Shown one piece after another: positions 1 through 9,777 of a DNA stretch of 46,091 bases. Location: positions 1 to 46,091 of IMG/VR virus record IMGVR_UViG_3300028599_000007; one strand, 5' to 3'. The notes under the pieces are model-generated. The model saw only the letters and a list, made by a program, of their open reading frames with translations, was not told where the DNA came from and ran no database searches. Both the position numbers and the translations under genes were made by a program. The stretch's first letter is position 1; every line of letters begins with the position of its first letter. The DNA is from a virus (Duplodnaviria; Caudoviricetes).

Positions 1-127
1 ACTCCAGCTGCATTTAGTGTTATGTCACCTGAAACTGTGGTGTTATCCCATGTATCCACACCATCGTAAATTGGAAGTTGTCCTGCAGATGGTGTAACAA
101 TGTCGGTGTCTGTAAGTCCTGCAAACG
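1..127 (+). repeat. End repeat A, matches 45776-45902
   Basis: 1-110 identical to 45776-45885, then 3 mismatches up to 127. Confidence 0.95.
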
Positions 128-2795
128 AACTTGAAGTTCCAGCTGCATTAATCCATGCAGAACCATTGAATGTCAAAACGTTTCCATTGGTTGGAGTAGT
201 CAGAATAACATCAGATAGATCATCTAAAGCAATAGTTGCAGTTTCCAATGCATCAAGTCTCGTTTGTACTGATGCCCCAACAGGATAGCCAGTTAGTGCA
301 TTTGCCAACTCTGCACTAGTTATGGCAGAAACTATCAAGTTTCCAGATACATCAGAAATTAACACCCTGCTCGCAGTCAGTCCAGTTACAGTTCCAACGT
401 CTGAAAGATTTCTTAGAGCACCACCTGAAAATACCAATACATCATCTCCGTTTCTTCTGAATTGTCCGTTTACAGTTGGATCGGTTGCAGCATCAGTGAA
501 AAACAACTGGTCATCAGCTTGTAAGATATTTGCAACTATAGCGTCAATGTTTAACTGGCCAGAGCTTGCGCCAATTCTAGATATTGAACCAAGTAGCTCA
601 CCAGCTGCATACCATGCGTGAACATCAGTTATCAGTCCCACATTATATTTTAGAAAGTTTAATGCGGTGTCAAATCCTATCGTTGTTGCAACAGTCGGAC
701 TAAATGCTGTTGTAGTGTCAAACTGCGTTTCTCCAATTGTATTGATTGCATTTTTGCCCATGTTGATTACATGAGTGCCAAGCATCGTCAGTCCTGTGGC
801 ATCTGTAAATTCTGCAATGTCTGTAATGACATCAGAAATTATAAACTTCCCACCGCTTGCAGTTGCTAACCTTAATGCTGCTGCACCTGCATCTCCTGAA
901 ATGGTTCCACGTGGAACACTTCCTGAGTCGACATATTGCAAGGATGCAAGGTTTGTAATTGACATTGTAGCCCAGTCCTTGTTTGCATCAATAGTTAGAT
1001 CAGATAATAATCCAGAGAAAATGTTGGCGATATCAGAAAGATTTACCACACCACCGCCAGTATTTGCAAAGAGATCTGATCCGTCAGAGTATAATGAGAC
1101 TGCAGCTGCTGGAGTTGCAAGATTATCGATAAAATCTAGATGGCCTATGTTTGTCATTCCCTGACCAGCCCCTCCACCAAGAATATCAAATCCACCAGTT
1201 GTTAGATCAACGTCTGTTGATGCTGGGAATTCAGCCCATCTACTTGGAAGCATGTTTGTTACAACGCCAAGCTCGTCCTCCCAGAATGGTTCGGAGTGAG
1301 TTCCATTAGCTTCTTTTGCATATGCCCATCCAGTATTGGCAGCTGGATTTCCAACAGGTGCAGTAATCTCTGTAAATTCTGCCTTGTCTCCAACACCTGC
1401 AATTCCTAGAATGTTGACATTGCCTGCAAGCGTGGTCAAGGTTCCAGACATGGTTGCCTTTGTTACGGAATCAACTGAGATTGTAAATGAGTCTCCTATA
1501 CCGTCAACTGTGATTCCACCACCACCAGTATTGAAATCCAATCTTCTGTTAGTATCAAACTCAAATGTTGCTGCAAATACTGCAAGATATCGCAATGCTG
1601 TACCGCCTAAATTTATCGTTCCATTAATATTTGGAAGGATGTTTTTCAGAGTTTCAATTCTGTTCTCATCAAAATTAAAAACCTCTTCAGTTCCAGATCC
1701 AAAGAAGTGAAACCTGTTTGGTGAGAATAGTTCTGCTTGTCCAGTAAGTCCAGAAAATTGAGTTAATGTTAATGTGTTATCTGGATTAGTTGCATGTTGT
1801 GCTCTTAGTTTGATTCCAACTATGCCATTATTAGATTCCGTAAAGTCAAAGAAATCTGCAGAGTCTACCTTTAGTTCAAGGTTTCCGTCATCCGCAGAAT
1901 TTCTTGCAGATAGCATAATCTCGTCATTTGCAAATCTGTTGAATCCAGAATCAGCAAATGGGCCAGTTGATCCAAATGTGAAAGCTTGACTGGCCAACCA
2001 GACGCCTCCAGTATTATCCCATTCTAGATGATCATTTTCTGCGGTTCCATTTGGTATGGTTCCAGCTCCACCTGCAATTGTAACAACTGATGCAGTGCCT
2101 GGACCATCATTGGTTACTACAACTCCTGGTCCGACAAAATTCAGAATTGGTTGCTGAGGTAATCCGATCCCCTCATCCTGGATAGTATGACCATTTGCAC
2201 CAGTAACTACGGCACTTGTTGACTCTACCCTCCATGTACCACCAGTGTTTGCATGGACAACTAGAGACTCATCAAAACGAAGTGTTATTGTCTGCAAGTC
2301 GCCAACTATCAGATCATTTGAATCACCTGTCTGGATGTTTCCACCGTTGCCAAGTGTGGCCTGAGATATGGTGTATGGTAACGTGGGAGCAAAAGTTCTG
2401 ATGACCAACTCCTGACCGTCAAATGCTGCATTGGCAATTACATCCAAGACAGAAGAATTTGGTTGCAAGTCATCAAGCTGAATGTTGCTAGAGTATTGTG
2501 GATTGTCATTTAGTGGGCCAATATCGATTGTATTGTTTGCATCAACTTCCACAGTAAAATCAACAGGTGGTCCCAATGCAAACGGACCAATCATTGAATC
2601 ACCCTCCCTTGCCAGATAGTTTCCTGTAGGAGTATTTGGTGAATTGTTTATTGAACCTCCTGCAGAACCTGCAGTGGGATTTGCTTCTCCGAATTTCTTC
2701 AGTGATGCTATGAATGCCTTGTCAGCTTCAATGAGTGCCTCGTTTGCACGAGACTGAACGTCTCTTTGCTTTCTGGTTCCAGTGCTGCTGCTCAT
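1..2795 (-). CDS. 5' part of a large tail fibre/adhesin gene, not in the ORF track because it runs off the contig end; continues in 45775-44731 (about 1279 aa in total)
   Basis: ATG at 2793-2795 overlaps the stop of the 990-aa gene (ATGA). Reads MSSSTGTRKQRDVQSRANEA... and at position 1 reads ...WDNTTVSGDITLNAAG, identical to and in frame with ORF 44731-46026; 2795+1045 nt = 1280 codons. Frame spot-checked by hand, not every codon. Confidence 0.85.
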   Translation of the reverse strand, partial: MSSSTGTRKQRDVQSRANEALIEADKAFIASLKKFGEANPTAGSAGGSINNSPNTPTGNYLAREGDSMIGPFALGPPVDFTVEVDANNTIDIGPLNDNPQYSSNIQLDDLQPNSSVLDVIANAAFDGQELVIRTFAPTLPYTISQATLGNGGNIQTGDSNDLIVGDLQTITLRFDESLVVHANTGGTWRVESTSAVVTGANGHTIQDEGIGLPQQPILNFVGPGVVVTNDGPGTASVVTIAGGAGTIPNGTAENDHLEWDNTGGVWLASQAFTFGSTGPFADSGFNRFANDEIMLSARNSADDGNLELKVDSADFFDFTESNNGIVGIKLRAQHATNPDNTLTLTQFSGLTGQAELFSPNRFHFFGSGTEEVFNFDENRIETLKNILPNINGTINLGGTALRYLAVFAATFEFDTNRRLDFNTGGGGITVDGIGDSFTISVDSVTKATMSGTLTTLAGNVNILGIAGVGDKAEFTEITAPVGNPAANTGWAYAKEANGTHSEPFWEDELGVVTNMLPSRWAEFPASTDVDLTTGGFDILGGGAGQGMTNIGHLDFIDNLATPAAAVSLYSDGSDLFANTGGGVVNLSDIANIFSGLLSDLTIDANKDWATMSITNLASLQYVDSGSVPRGTISGDAGAAALRLATASGGKFIISDVITDIAEFTDATGLTMLGTHVINMGKNAINTIGETQFDTTTAFSPTVATTIGFDTALNFLKYNVGLITDVHAWYAAGELLGSISRIGASSGQLNIDAIVANILQADDQLFFTDAATDPTVNGQFRRNGDDVLVFSGGALRNLSDVGTVTGLTASRVLISDVSGNLIVSAITSAELANALTGYPVGASVQTRLDALETATIALDDLSDVILTTPTNGNVLTFNGSAWINAAGTSSSFAGLTDTDIVTPSAGQLPIYDGVDTWDNTTVSGDITLNAAG
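401..571 (+). repeat. End repeat B, matches 45921-46091
   Basis: 451-571 identical to 45971-46091; 401-450 has 3 mismatches (416, 420, 450). Confidence 0.95.
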
Positions 2796-5764
2796 GTTGG
2801 CCAAATCCTCGTTGTCAAGTCAAACTTGTTTGTCATGCCTCCAGGTCCGTTCTTTCCCTTTGATAGTGAGATCACGTTTTTGGTGTTTACTCCCTTTATC
2901 GTGTTTGGTAGAGAGTCAGTGGTGTCGTTGATTTCCTCAGAATCTGTATAGTATACGGAATCACCAAACGCAATGTCGCATCGTCCTCCAGTCTCTTCTG
3001 TGTACACCTTTCTTTCAAAGTTGAAAATCTTGTCCAATCCTAGTACGAGATTTTTTGCCTGTGCATAGCTTACGATGCTTTGCTTCTTGATTAGCTGTGT
3101 TCCGATGTTTCGTGTTGGTTTAGCTTGCAACACATCTGCATTTGTGGCAACTATTGGCTTTCCCATTCTGTATCCGTCCATGTTAAATTGCATCTCAGTG
3201 GCATTTCTGAATCTTGATTTTACACCAAGATATCTGCCTTGACCATCAAATGAATCTCTAGTATAGATTCCACCCATCCAAAATCGTCTAGGATCAAATG
3301 CATCTGTAGGATCTACATTCGCTGCAGAAAATATTGTGGATGCACCAGGAATTCCTTTGTATGGATCTCCAGGAAGATCTCCTTTTTGTGGAAGTATGTC
3401 TGTTTTTCTTGTTTGGTTAATGTTCTTGATAATTCTCACATTGTCGCGCGTGTCAACCATCCAGATTCCAAGCTCAAAGTCACCTTCTGTCAAGTTGACT
3501 ATTTCAGATAAAGGATTTCTTGTTAGCAAGAACTGCATCCAAAAAAGAAATCTCTGGATTGGCAAAAAGTCTTCAGACTGTGGACCAAACCAGGACGGAA
3601 CTCCAAAGTGATCACGAAACATGTTGTTAAAGTCAAACGTAGGTAATGCAATATCACTTCCTGCAGCTCCACTTCCTGGAAACTCTGCATCGTCCTGACC
3701 TGTAAGTGGATTCAATGCATGAATCATAAAGCCAAGGAAAAATGGATTCTGGTCTTTGCCTCCTTGTATCAATGTAGGTGCGGATTTTATGAAGACTGCA
3801 GAATCTCCGTCAGTATCATCATCAATAATTTGTGTGGTTCCCATGTCTACATGATGATTTATCAAATCCCATTTTACAGAGTGTGCGCATTCCATCTGCC
3901 TGTTCTCAAAGAACACGCCGAACTGGCCAACAAGAGGAACCTGTTGTATTGCATAAGAACCAATTACCCATATTGCACTTCTTGCTGCTGGTGCGCCACC
4001 GACAGTAAAGACACATGCACCAGCATTATCTACATACCTGTCAGGTATTCCAAGTGTGAATGTTGGATTGCATGGATTCTTTATCCAAGGCTCTGCTCTG
4101 TTGTAATCAAATATTTCCTGGTCATCTGCCAATACTTTGGATTTGAATACTATCCATTCGCCAACTCCATCAAGATCAGTATCAACCCATTCAATGACGT
4201 TGCCACCAAACAATACTCCATTTGAGTCTGTTAACCCTGGTCCCCAGATTCCACTTGTAGGAGCTGCACCTGTTGCTGGATCTATTGCCAACACTCTGTA
4301 TGCATCTGGAATGTCCACCCCTGCTATCTTGTGTATGGTGGGAATGTTTGCAGGATCATCTGTGACAATTCTTACAACTGTTCTAGGATGTAATGCATCA
4401 CCAACAAAGGCATTTGGATCTAATGAACATACCCTTCCTTGATTTACATCAGTTGCATCTACTGCAAACTGTGAGCCAGCTAATGCATTTAGCCAAAGCT
4501 GTGTGTTTGCCTTTGTTAACGGGGAATAGTCAACGGCTGGTGCAAAAAATATTCTTACCCAAAACTCAGAGTTTGGTGGCTCGTTAACACTATCTGCGGT
4601 GTGAGCTTGTATGCATTTCCATGAGATGTTTAGCCTTCGAACTAAATTATTCAGACCGTATGAATTTCCAAAAGTCCAGATTGCAGGTTTTACAAATGTT
4701 CTGTTAATCCATATTGTGGGCGAAGTGGATGGAGGGTTTCCTCCACTGGATGTATGATCAGTTATAGACTCGTAGACAAGTCCCAGATAATTCACGAGAC
4801 TTCCAAATTTATAGAATATACTACTACCATTCCATTCTTTTGCATTATTGAATACATCTTTTGCCCCTTGGAATTGCGACCAGTTAACAAGATAGCTTCC
4901 CGAATCCTGATCAGCTACCACATGAAGGTTTGTTGCAAGCTCTGGATCTTCATCTGTGTCAAGTGTGAGAACATTGGTTTTCGGTAATGCAGCACTTTCC
5001 AATGGTTGATGAATTAGTGTAACGTTTGGTATGTTTGAAAATACTCCAGTATTATCTTGGAATCCTTGAGGGAACGCCTGGACCTGTACCGTATTGAGAT
5101 CAGCATCAGATGGACTATCATGATTATACTTTGACTTGAACCGAATGAATACTGCCTCAAAGGAACCACCGCCCTCGATAGGTTGTTGTTCAATATCTTT
5201 TATCTCATCAAATGCAGTCTGAAGTTTTACTGCCTCAAAGATATAGTTGTTAGACGTGTTAGGATCCAAATTGTTTCCAACCTTTGTCGTAATGTTAAAG
5301 GGTGTTGGAATCTCAACGTCTGGATCATCTGATCCCTTGTTTTGTGGTAAGTTTAGAATTCCGACAAGTTGGTTTAGTGCCTCAGCCCCAGCTGTTCTTT
5401 TTGCGGTAAGTGAGATTGTTCTCTTCCAAAGATGCTCAGACTGGTGAGGACAAAACAATACAAGCTGCTTGCTCTTTCCTGGTTTTCTTGGACGCTTAAT
5501 TTTTCTTACATGAAACACGTCCTGGATGATCCTGCCTCTTGCATCTACAATTTTAACAAAAATTTTGTCATACTTTACAATGATTGGACCTCTTGTAGAA
5601 AATAATCCAAATGGTGATGTCAGAGTAATCTTGCAGCTTTGTGGTAATGCATCCTCGTATTCTATTGTGCTCCAGGCTTCCGACAAATCCACATCAGCCT
5701 CACCTGCCCTTTTTAGAATTACCAGTACCTCAGTGTACGGTGTAAAATTTGGCACTACGGACAC
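2792..5764 (-). CDS. Tail tip/baseplate hub-like protein with two CBM5/12-like carbohydrate-binding repeats
   Basis: 990 aa, directly upstream of the fibre gene; repeats WNGSSIFYKFGSLVNYLGLVYESITDHTS..PPSTSPTIW and WTFGNSYGLNNLVRRLNISWKCIQAHTADSVNEPPNSEFW. Confidence 0.65.
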   Translation of the reverse strand: MSVVPNFTPYTEVLVILKRAGEADVDLSEAWSTIEYEDALPQSCKITLTSPFGLFSTRGPIIVKYDKIFVKIVDARGRIIQDVFHVRKIKRPRKPGKSKQLVLFCPHQSEHLWKRTISLTAKRTAGAEALNQLVGILNLPQNKGSDDPDVEIPTPFNITTKVGNNLDPNTSNNYIFEAVKLQTAFDEIKDIEQQPIEGGGSFEAVFIRFKSKYNHDSPSDADLNTVQVQAFPQGFQDNTGVFSNIPNVTLIHQPLESAALPKTNVLTLDTDEDPELATNLHVVADQDSGSYLVNWSQFQGAKDVFNNAKEWNGSSIFYKFGSLVNYLGLVYESITDHTSSGGNPPSTSPTIWINRTFVKPAIWTFGNSYGLNNLVRRLNISWKCIQAHTADSVNEPPNSEFWVRIFFAPAVDYSPLTKANTQLWLNALAGSQFAVDATDVNQGRVCSLDPNAFVGDALHPRTVVRIVTDDPANIPTIHKIAGVDIPDAYRVLAIDPATGAAPTSGIWGPGLTDSNGVLFGGNVIEWVDTDLDGVGEWIVFKSKVLADDQEIFDYNRAEPWIKNPCNPTFTLGIPDRYVDNAGACVFTVGGAPAARSAIWVIGSYAIQQVPLVGQFGVFFENRQMECAHSVKWDLINHHVDMGTTQIIDDDTDGDSAVFIKSAPTLIQGGKDQNPFFLGFMIHALNPLTGQDDAEFPGSGAAGSDIALPTFDFNNMFRDHFGVPSWFGPQSEDFLPIQRFLFWMQFLLTRNPLSEIVNLTEGDFELGIWMVDTRDNVRIIKNINQTRKTDILPQKGDLPGDPYKGIPGASTIFSAANVDPTDAFDPRRFWMGGIYTRDSFDGQGRYLGVKSRFRNATEMQFNMDGYRMGKPIVATNADVLQAKPTRNIGTQLIKKQSIVSYAQAKNLVLGLDKIFNFERKVYTEETGGRCDIAFGDSVYYTDSEEINDTTDSLPNTIKGVNTKNVISLSKGKNGPGGMTNKFDLTTRIWPT

Positions 5765-6516
5765 TAGATGTCAAGACCCCTACTTCTTCTGAATATTAGC
5801 TCAACGTCAATTCTGTTGCGGTTGTAATCATCAATTTTTTTAAAATTTTCAAAGATTAGTCCTACTGCATTTGGACCAGTCCCAATTGGTGTGAGGTTGT
5901 TATCGGTATCACTAGAGTCAACAAAGCCAAATGTTCCAGCTTCCCATACTCCTAAAATTGCCTGTGCTTGGGATTTCCATGCTCTTAGTTTTGCCACAAT
6001 TGGATTACCACCAGCAATTTCAACGGCAGGTGTTGAGGTATAACCAGAGCCTCCACTAACCACATTGACTGCCGTGACTTCACCACCTACGACTGTGGCA
6101 TTGGCAGTGGCTCCAGTTCCGACTCCAGTAATTGTTACAGCTGGAGTTGCAGTATAACCAGTCCCTCCATCTATGACAGTAAATGATGTGACTGCTCCAC
6201 CTGAGATTAAGGCAACGGCTGCAGCTCCTGTGCCACCATCACCACGCATGTTTGAAATGAATCCCTTTACAATGAATGTTCCCTCTACAATTCCTAATGG
6301 CTGAGTGTTGCCATCTGTTTTTTCTGCAGCTTGGTTGTTCCCTATGCCTTCAGGGTCGCCTCTTTCCAAAGTCAGAATATATGCTCCCTCTTTTGCAGTA
6401 TCCTTGAAGTTTGCATCATCAGCATTGTTAAACAAAATAAAATCATCAGTTGCATTGTCAGTTAACGCAGTAAGATTGAAAATCCTAAATGACTTTGCAA
6501 CAAGACCTACACCCAT
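5764..6516 (-). CDS. Tail protein (distal-tail position) with inserted Gly/Thr-rich beta repeats
   Basis: Two tandem GGxVTxxxVxxGGxGYTxTPAVxIxG repeats of the kind seen in virion proteins; synteny. Confidence 0.55.
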   Translation of the reverse strand: MGVGLVAKSFRIFNLTALTDNATDDFILFNNADDANFKDTAKEGAYILTLERGDPEGIGNNQAAEKTDGNTQPLGIVEGTFIVKGFISNMRGDGGTGAAAVALISGGAVTSFTVIDGGTGYTATPAVTITGVGTGATANATVVGGEVTAVNVVSGGSGYTSTPAVEIAGGNPIVAKLRAWKSQAQAILGVWEAGTFGFVDSSDTDNNLTPIGTGPNAVGLIFENFKKIDDYNRNRIDVELIFRRSRGLDI

Positions 6517-6518
6517 TA

Positions 6519-7079
6519 TTAGTCCACTCCTGCGGTATCACTGATTCTAAAGTTAGCCTCTATTTTGGACTGGTCTTCGTTGAATACTGAAAACGTATTG
6601 TATGCATCTCGTGGTTCTGCACTACCAGCTTCTGACGTGATGATTAACTGCGTTAGTCCAGCTTGAATCTCTGCTTGTTTTTCCTTGCTTCTAAACAGAT
6701 TGATTCTGCCATCCACGTTATCGATAAACTTCTTTTGAAAGTCATCCACTTTTTTGATGAATGCAGCTATTACTCCAGTAACTGCAAGTGCGGTTCCGAT
6801 AAATGGGATTAGTCTTGTGACGCTTCCCTGGATAAATGATGCTGGATTCGAACCAAAACTCAGAAGATTAGAAAATGTCTGCCTTCCAAAAATCTTTCTC
6901 AGTCCCTCTTCTTTCTGACTGTTTGGAATTGTTAGTGGGTCTGCAAACTTTTCTTTGACTGAACGTGTGTCTCTGTTTTCAAATTCACCAAGTAGTCTGT
7001 CTACTTGCTTGTCAATTGCCTCAAGTGATTGCGGTGTAAGATTGTTTAAGTCAATTTCTAAAACTTGATCTACTACCAT
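6519..7079 (-). CDS. Short helical tail protein, candidate miniature tape measure
   Basis: 186 aa with hydrophobic segment LIPFIGTALAVTGVIAAFI, in the tape-measure position before distal tail and hub. Confidence 0.4.
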   Translation of the reverse strand: MVVDQVLEIDLNNLTPQSLEAIDKQVDRLLGEFENRDTRSVKEKFADPLTIPNSQKEEGLRKIFGRQTFSNLLSFGSNPASFIQGSVTRLIPFIGTALAVTGVIAAFIKKVDDFQKKFIDNVDGRINLFRSKEKQAEIQAGLTQLIITSEAGSAEPRDAYNTFSVFNEDQSKIEANFRISDTAGVD

Positions 7080-7085
7080 TATTCA

Positions 7086-7598
7086 TCATACTCCCAGAAT
7101 CTTGGAATACAGTGAACCAAGCTCCGTCTGGACGTTTTGCGTAATTTCGTTTTGTGCTCTTGTTACAGTCTTTTTTATTATCTGCAGCCTTTCAATTCCT
7201 TTTGGAGTAGCAAACTTTCTAAATATTATTTCTCCAGTAGGTAGGGGAATTTTCAAAGCTCCGTCTGGATTCTTTGGTCTTCTTGTTACGTTGTTTTCAG
7301 TTCCTTCCTCACGTCCTTTTGAGACATCAAACCCAGTCTTGGGATCTACATAGTTTGAGATAAAGTGAGTCCTGAACTTGTTTCCAACTTTCTCAGTCTT
7401 TCCCACAAATGTTGCATCAATTATTTTCTCAGAGAAATCATTCTGTCTCATCTTTTGGTGAATGTCTTCCAGGATTTCCTCGTTTGCTATTTTGTCTACT
7501 GCCTGCTTTTGTAATGTAGGTAAAACACTTTTGAGAATTTTAATCCTTGACTGAAAAACTTTCAATTGAGCTGTAGAGCTAATTATTATTCTGGTCAT
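7086..7598 (-). CDS. Neck/tail completion protein (HK97 gp10-like)
   Basis: Basic 170-aa protein with EEGT...RRPKNPDGALKIP...IIFRKFATPKGI motif; synteny. Confidence 0.55.
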   Translation of the reverse strand: MTRIIISSTAQLKVFQSRIKILKSVLPTLQKQAVDKIANEEILEDIHQKMRQNDFSEKIIDATFVGKTEKVGNKFRTHFISNYVDPKTGFDVSKGREEGTENNVTRRPKNPDGALKIPLPTGEIIFRKFATPKGIERLQIIKKTVTRAQNEITQNVQTELGSLYSKILGV

Positions 7599-7599
7599 T

Positions 7600-8103
7600 C
7601 TATGGTGGTACTGGTGTCGCAGTCCTCGTAATTGGGCCTATTGATGTTATTTCTCCGTTGACTCTGAAAGTATGTGGGCCTGTCTCGTCAACTCTGTCAA
7701 GTGGAATTGACATTATTCGGCCAATGTATGTTATGTCAACTTCAGCATCACCAGCAGTTTTTGGCGCATGCATCCTTAGAAGAAAAGTCACAGATGGAGG
7801 TTCTCCTAGTGCAAGTTGTGTAGCCCACCACTTGTATGTAGTAGGATTGGCTGCACTGCCATCCTCGTAAAAATCAACGGTGTTTACAGTGTTAAAGTTG
7901 AATGTACCTAAAACGTCACTTTTTTTTGTAAATATGGGAGCAGCGGTATCTATTCTGTCAATGTCAAAGTCAGATATGTTTGGAGTGAAATTCCAATTCT
8001 TAATCATCAGGAGTTGTTTTGTTCCTTCCGCATCGACAAATTGGAAAGGTGAATTCTCATAAACAAAAGTACGATCAGCTGGTGTGTTAATCTGCAAAGA
8101 CAT
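7600..8103 (-). CDS. Putative major tail tube protein
   Basis: 167 aa, beta-rich, own upstream late motif, first gene of the tail operon. Confidence 0.5.
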   Translation of the reverse strand: MSLQINTPADRTFVYENSPFQFVDAEGTKQLLMIKNWNFTPNISDFDIDRIDTAAPIFTKKSDVLGTFNFNTVNTVDFYEDGSAANPTTYKWWATQLALGEPPSVTFLLRMHAPKTAGDAEVDITYIGRIMSIPLDRVDETGPHTFRVNGEITSIGPITRTATPVPP

Positions 8104-8142
8104 GCAATGAAATACTAATTATAGTTTTTTTAACTAGCTATT

Positions 8143-8152
8143 TTCTTATTAA
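8143..8152 (-). promoter_or_regulatory. Late-gene upstream motif TTCTTAwTAA (representative copy; others at 12821, 13691, 15713, 19127, 19147, 27113, 29049, 43245, 44090, 44136)
   Basis: Constant 40-41 bp distance from the start codons of seven - strand late genes. Confidence 0.7.
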
Positions 8153-8268
8153 TTTTCCTGATGTAAAATTAGTATAAAGAACTCATTGTAAGTCATCTTT
8201 TTCTTTCGTAGTTTAATCAATCTTCTGACTTCTGAGTGTACTGGTATGTTCACCATTCTTTCTGACAT
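8149..8268 (-). CDS. 39-aa RHH-like DNA-binding protein (below ORF-track cutoff)
   Basis: MSERMVNIPVHSEVRRLIKLRKKKMTYNEFFILILHQEN*; strand-helix-TY-helix pattern. Confidence 0.5.
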   Translation of the reverse strand: MSERMVNIPVHSEVRRLIKLRKKKMTYNEFFILILHQEN

Positions 8269-8307
8269 GAATAAGAAAAGGAATGTGATAGTATTAAGAA
8301 ACGGGAT

Positions 8308-8347
8308 TTTTTGTTATAACTTTGTGGAGAATCTCCACTATGTTTCT
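8308..8347. repeat. Palindrome-containing repeat, copy 1 (40 bp)
   Basis: tttttgttataactttGTGGAGAaTCTCCACtatgtttct, identical to 19169-19208. Confidence 0.95.
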
Positions 8348-8353
8348 TAATTT

Positions 8354-8569
8354 TTATTTTGTATTGGGAAATCTTTCATCATTCTCTGCATAGATGCTGA
8401 CATGATACTTGTCATCAACCATAAAAGAAATCAAACGTCCTTCAAAAGAAGTTTCTATATTACTGGGATCTAAACCGTTACCATAAACAAATTTTGAATT
8501 TTCACCAAACAGATATTCCTGCTTATCTTTTCTATTTGTCTTTGTTACTTTGTTTACTATCAAGTCCAA
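8354..8569 (-). CDS. Hypothetical protein
   Basis: 71-aa ORF overlapping the end of the upstream gene; start uncertain. Confidence 0.5.
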   Translation of the reverse strand: MDLIVNKVTKTNRKDKQEYLFGENSKFVYGNGLDPSNIETSFEGRLISFMVDDKYHVSIYAENDERFPNTK

Positions 8570-9351
8570 TCTTTTACGTCCATTGTTAGAATGGTAGTCC
8601 TTACAGATTGCCTTGTGGATGAAGCTGCAGTATCTATGTAATTTACCAACATGGTCCTGTTTGTTCCGTTGAGATCAAGAGTTATAGTTGCATCATCTCC
8701 CAATATCACCTGGTCTTTTAGAGTGACTTCTTCTGCAGGAGACAATGCCATCTCCAGAGACAGTACACCACCCTCGTGTATTCTCGTATAGATTTCCTCA
8801 GTGGTAGCTCCCAGTGCTTTAAGATCCAATTGCTTTGTGACTCCAAACTGATCCACTGGGACATCAATCACCTTGAAGGTTCCAACAGAAGGAATCGTCA
8901 CGTTGATTTTATCTCCAGGTGTTGCAGAAGTAGCTGGGTCTGTTGCTGAAAGTTCTTCTGCAGTAACTGTAAGAACACTGTGAGAACGTCTTACTGGAAA
9001 ATTTTCAGAGTCCCTTCGCCATCCTTGTGTAACTGAAATTTTAACATCAGTTGAATAATTTGCATTGGTATCTATGGTGTCAAATATGACAGTCTCTATT
9101 GCCTCTATGTCAGGCTCGTGCTGCGGACCAAATGAACGATACCTGTAAAACAGGTGGACCAGAAATGTTTGTCCTAATACAGAAGTAGGAAAATCTTTTA
9201 TTTTTTCATTACCAGTAATGTTTTGCACATCAATTGATGGGTACTTTCTTCTTTCGTCATTTTGCATTAATGCTGCATTGATTTGAACTGTCTCAGGATA
9301 TGTTGCAGCATCAAGAATTGTCTTGATTTGTGCTGCAGTTAGATTAGCCAT
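8560..9351 (-). CDS. Virion structural protein, possible tail terminator with a second domain
   Basis: 263 aa, YPSIDV motif, alpha/beta N-domain plus beta-rich C-domain; between head and tail genes. Confidence 0.45.
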   Translation of the reverse strand: MANLTAAQIKTILDAATYPETVQINAALMQNDERRKYPSIDVQNITGNEKIKDFPTSVLGQTFLVHLFYRYRSFGPQHEPDIEAIETVIFDTIDTNANYSTDVKISVTQGWRRDSENFPVRRSHSVLTVTAEELSATDPATSATPGDKINVTIPSVGTFKVIDVPVDQFGVTKQLDLKALGATTEEIYTRIHEGGVLSLEMALSPAEEVTLKDQVILGDDATITLDLNGTNRTMLVNYIDTAASSTRQSVRTTILTMDVKDWT

Positions 9352-9585
9352 TTACCTTAGCTCCTTTTTTCCTCTGATCACCAGTAGGGAATCACAATTG
9401 TAAATCTGACCTTCATCCAATCTTATTGCCTCGTCTAATCTCTCTACTATCTCTTGCAATTCTTTGACTTGTTTTGATTTGTAAATAAGAGGCAAACCAC
9501 ATTCTTTACATGATGCTAGTTCTGGTTCAACAAATTCACCAGTCATAACACCGCCAGCTCTGGAAAAAAATTCACCTGGCATTGT

Positions 9586-9777
9586 CTACCGCTTCATGTC
9601 AGGTATTATTACCTGTAAAAATTTCTCGACTTTCTGTGATAGCTTGTCTTCAGGATGTGTGAACATGTAGTATCTAAGATTGGTAATCATTTTTTCTGAA
9701 AAGGAAAAAGAATATGAATGCTTTTTGAATTTTTTAACCATGACTCTTGGGTGGACTCTTTTTGATCTTTTCGACAT
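9586..9777 (-). CDS. Small basic RHH-like protein
   Basis: KKHSYSFSFSEKMITNL...LSQKVEKFL pattern; true start probably downstream. Confidence 0.4.
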   Translation of the reverse strand: MSKRSKRVHPRVMVKKFKKHSYSFSFSEKMITNLRYYMFTHPEDKLSQKVEKFLQVIIPDMKR

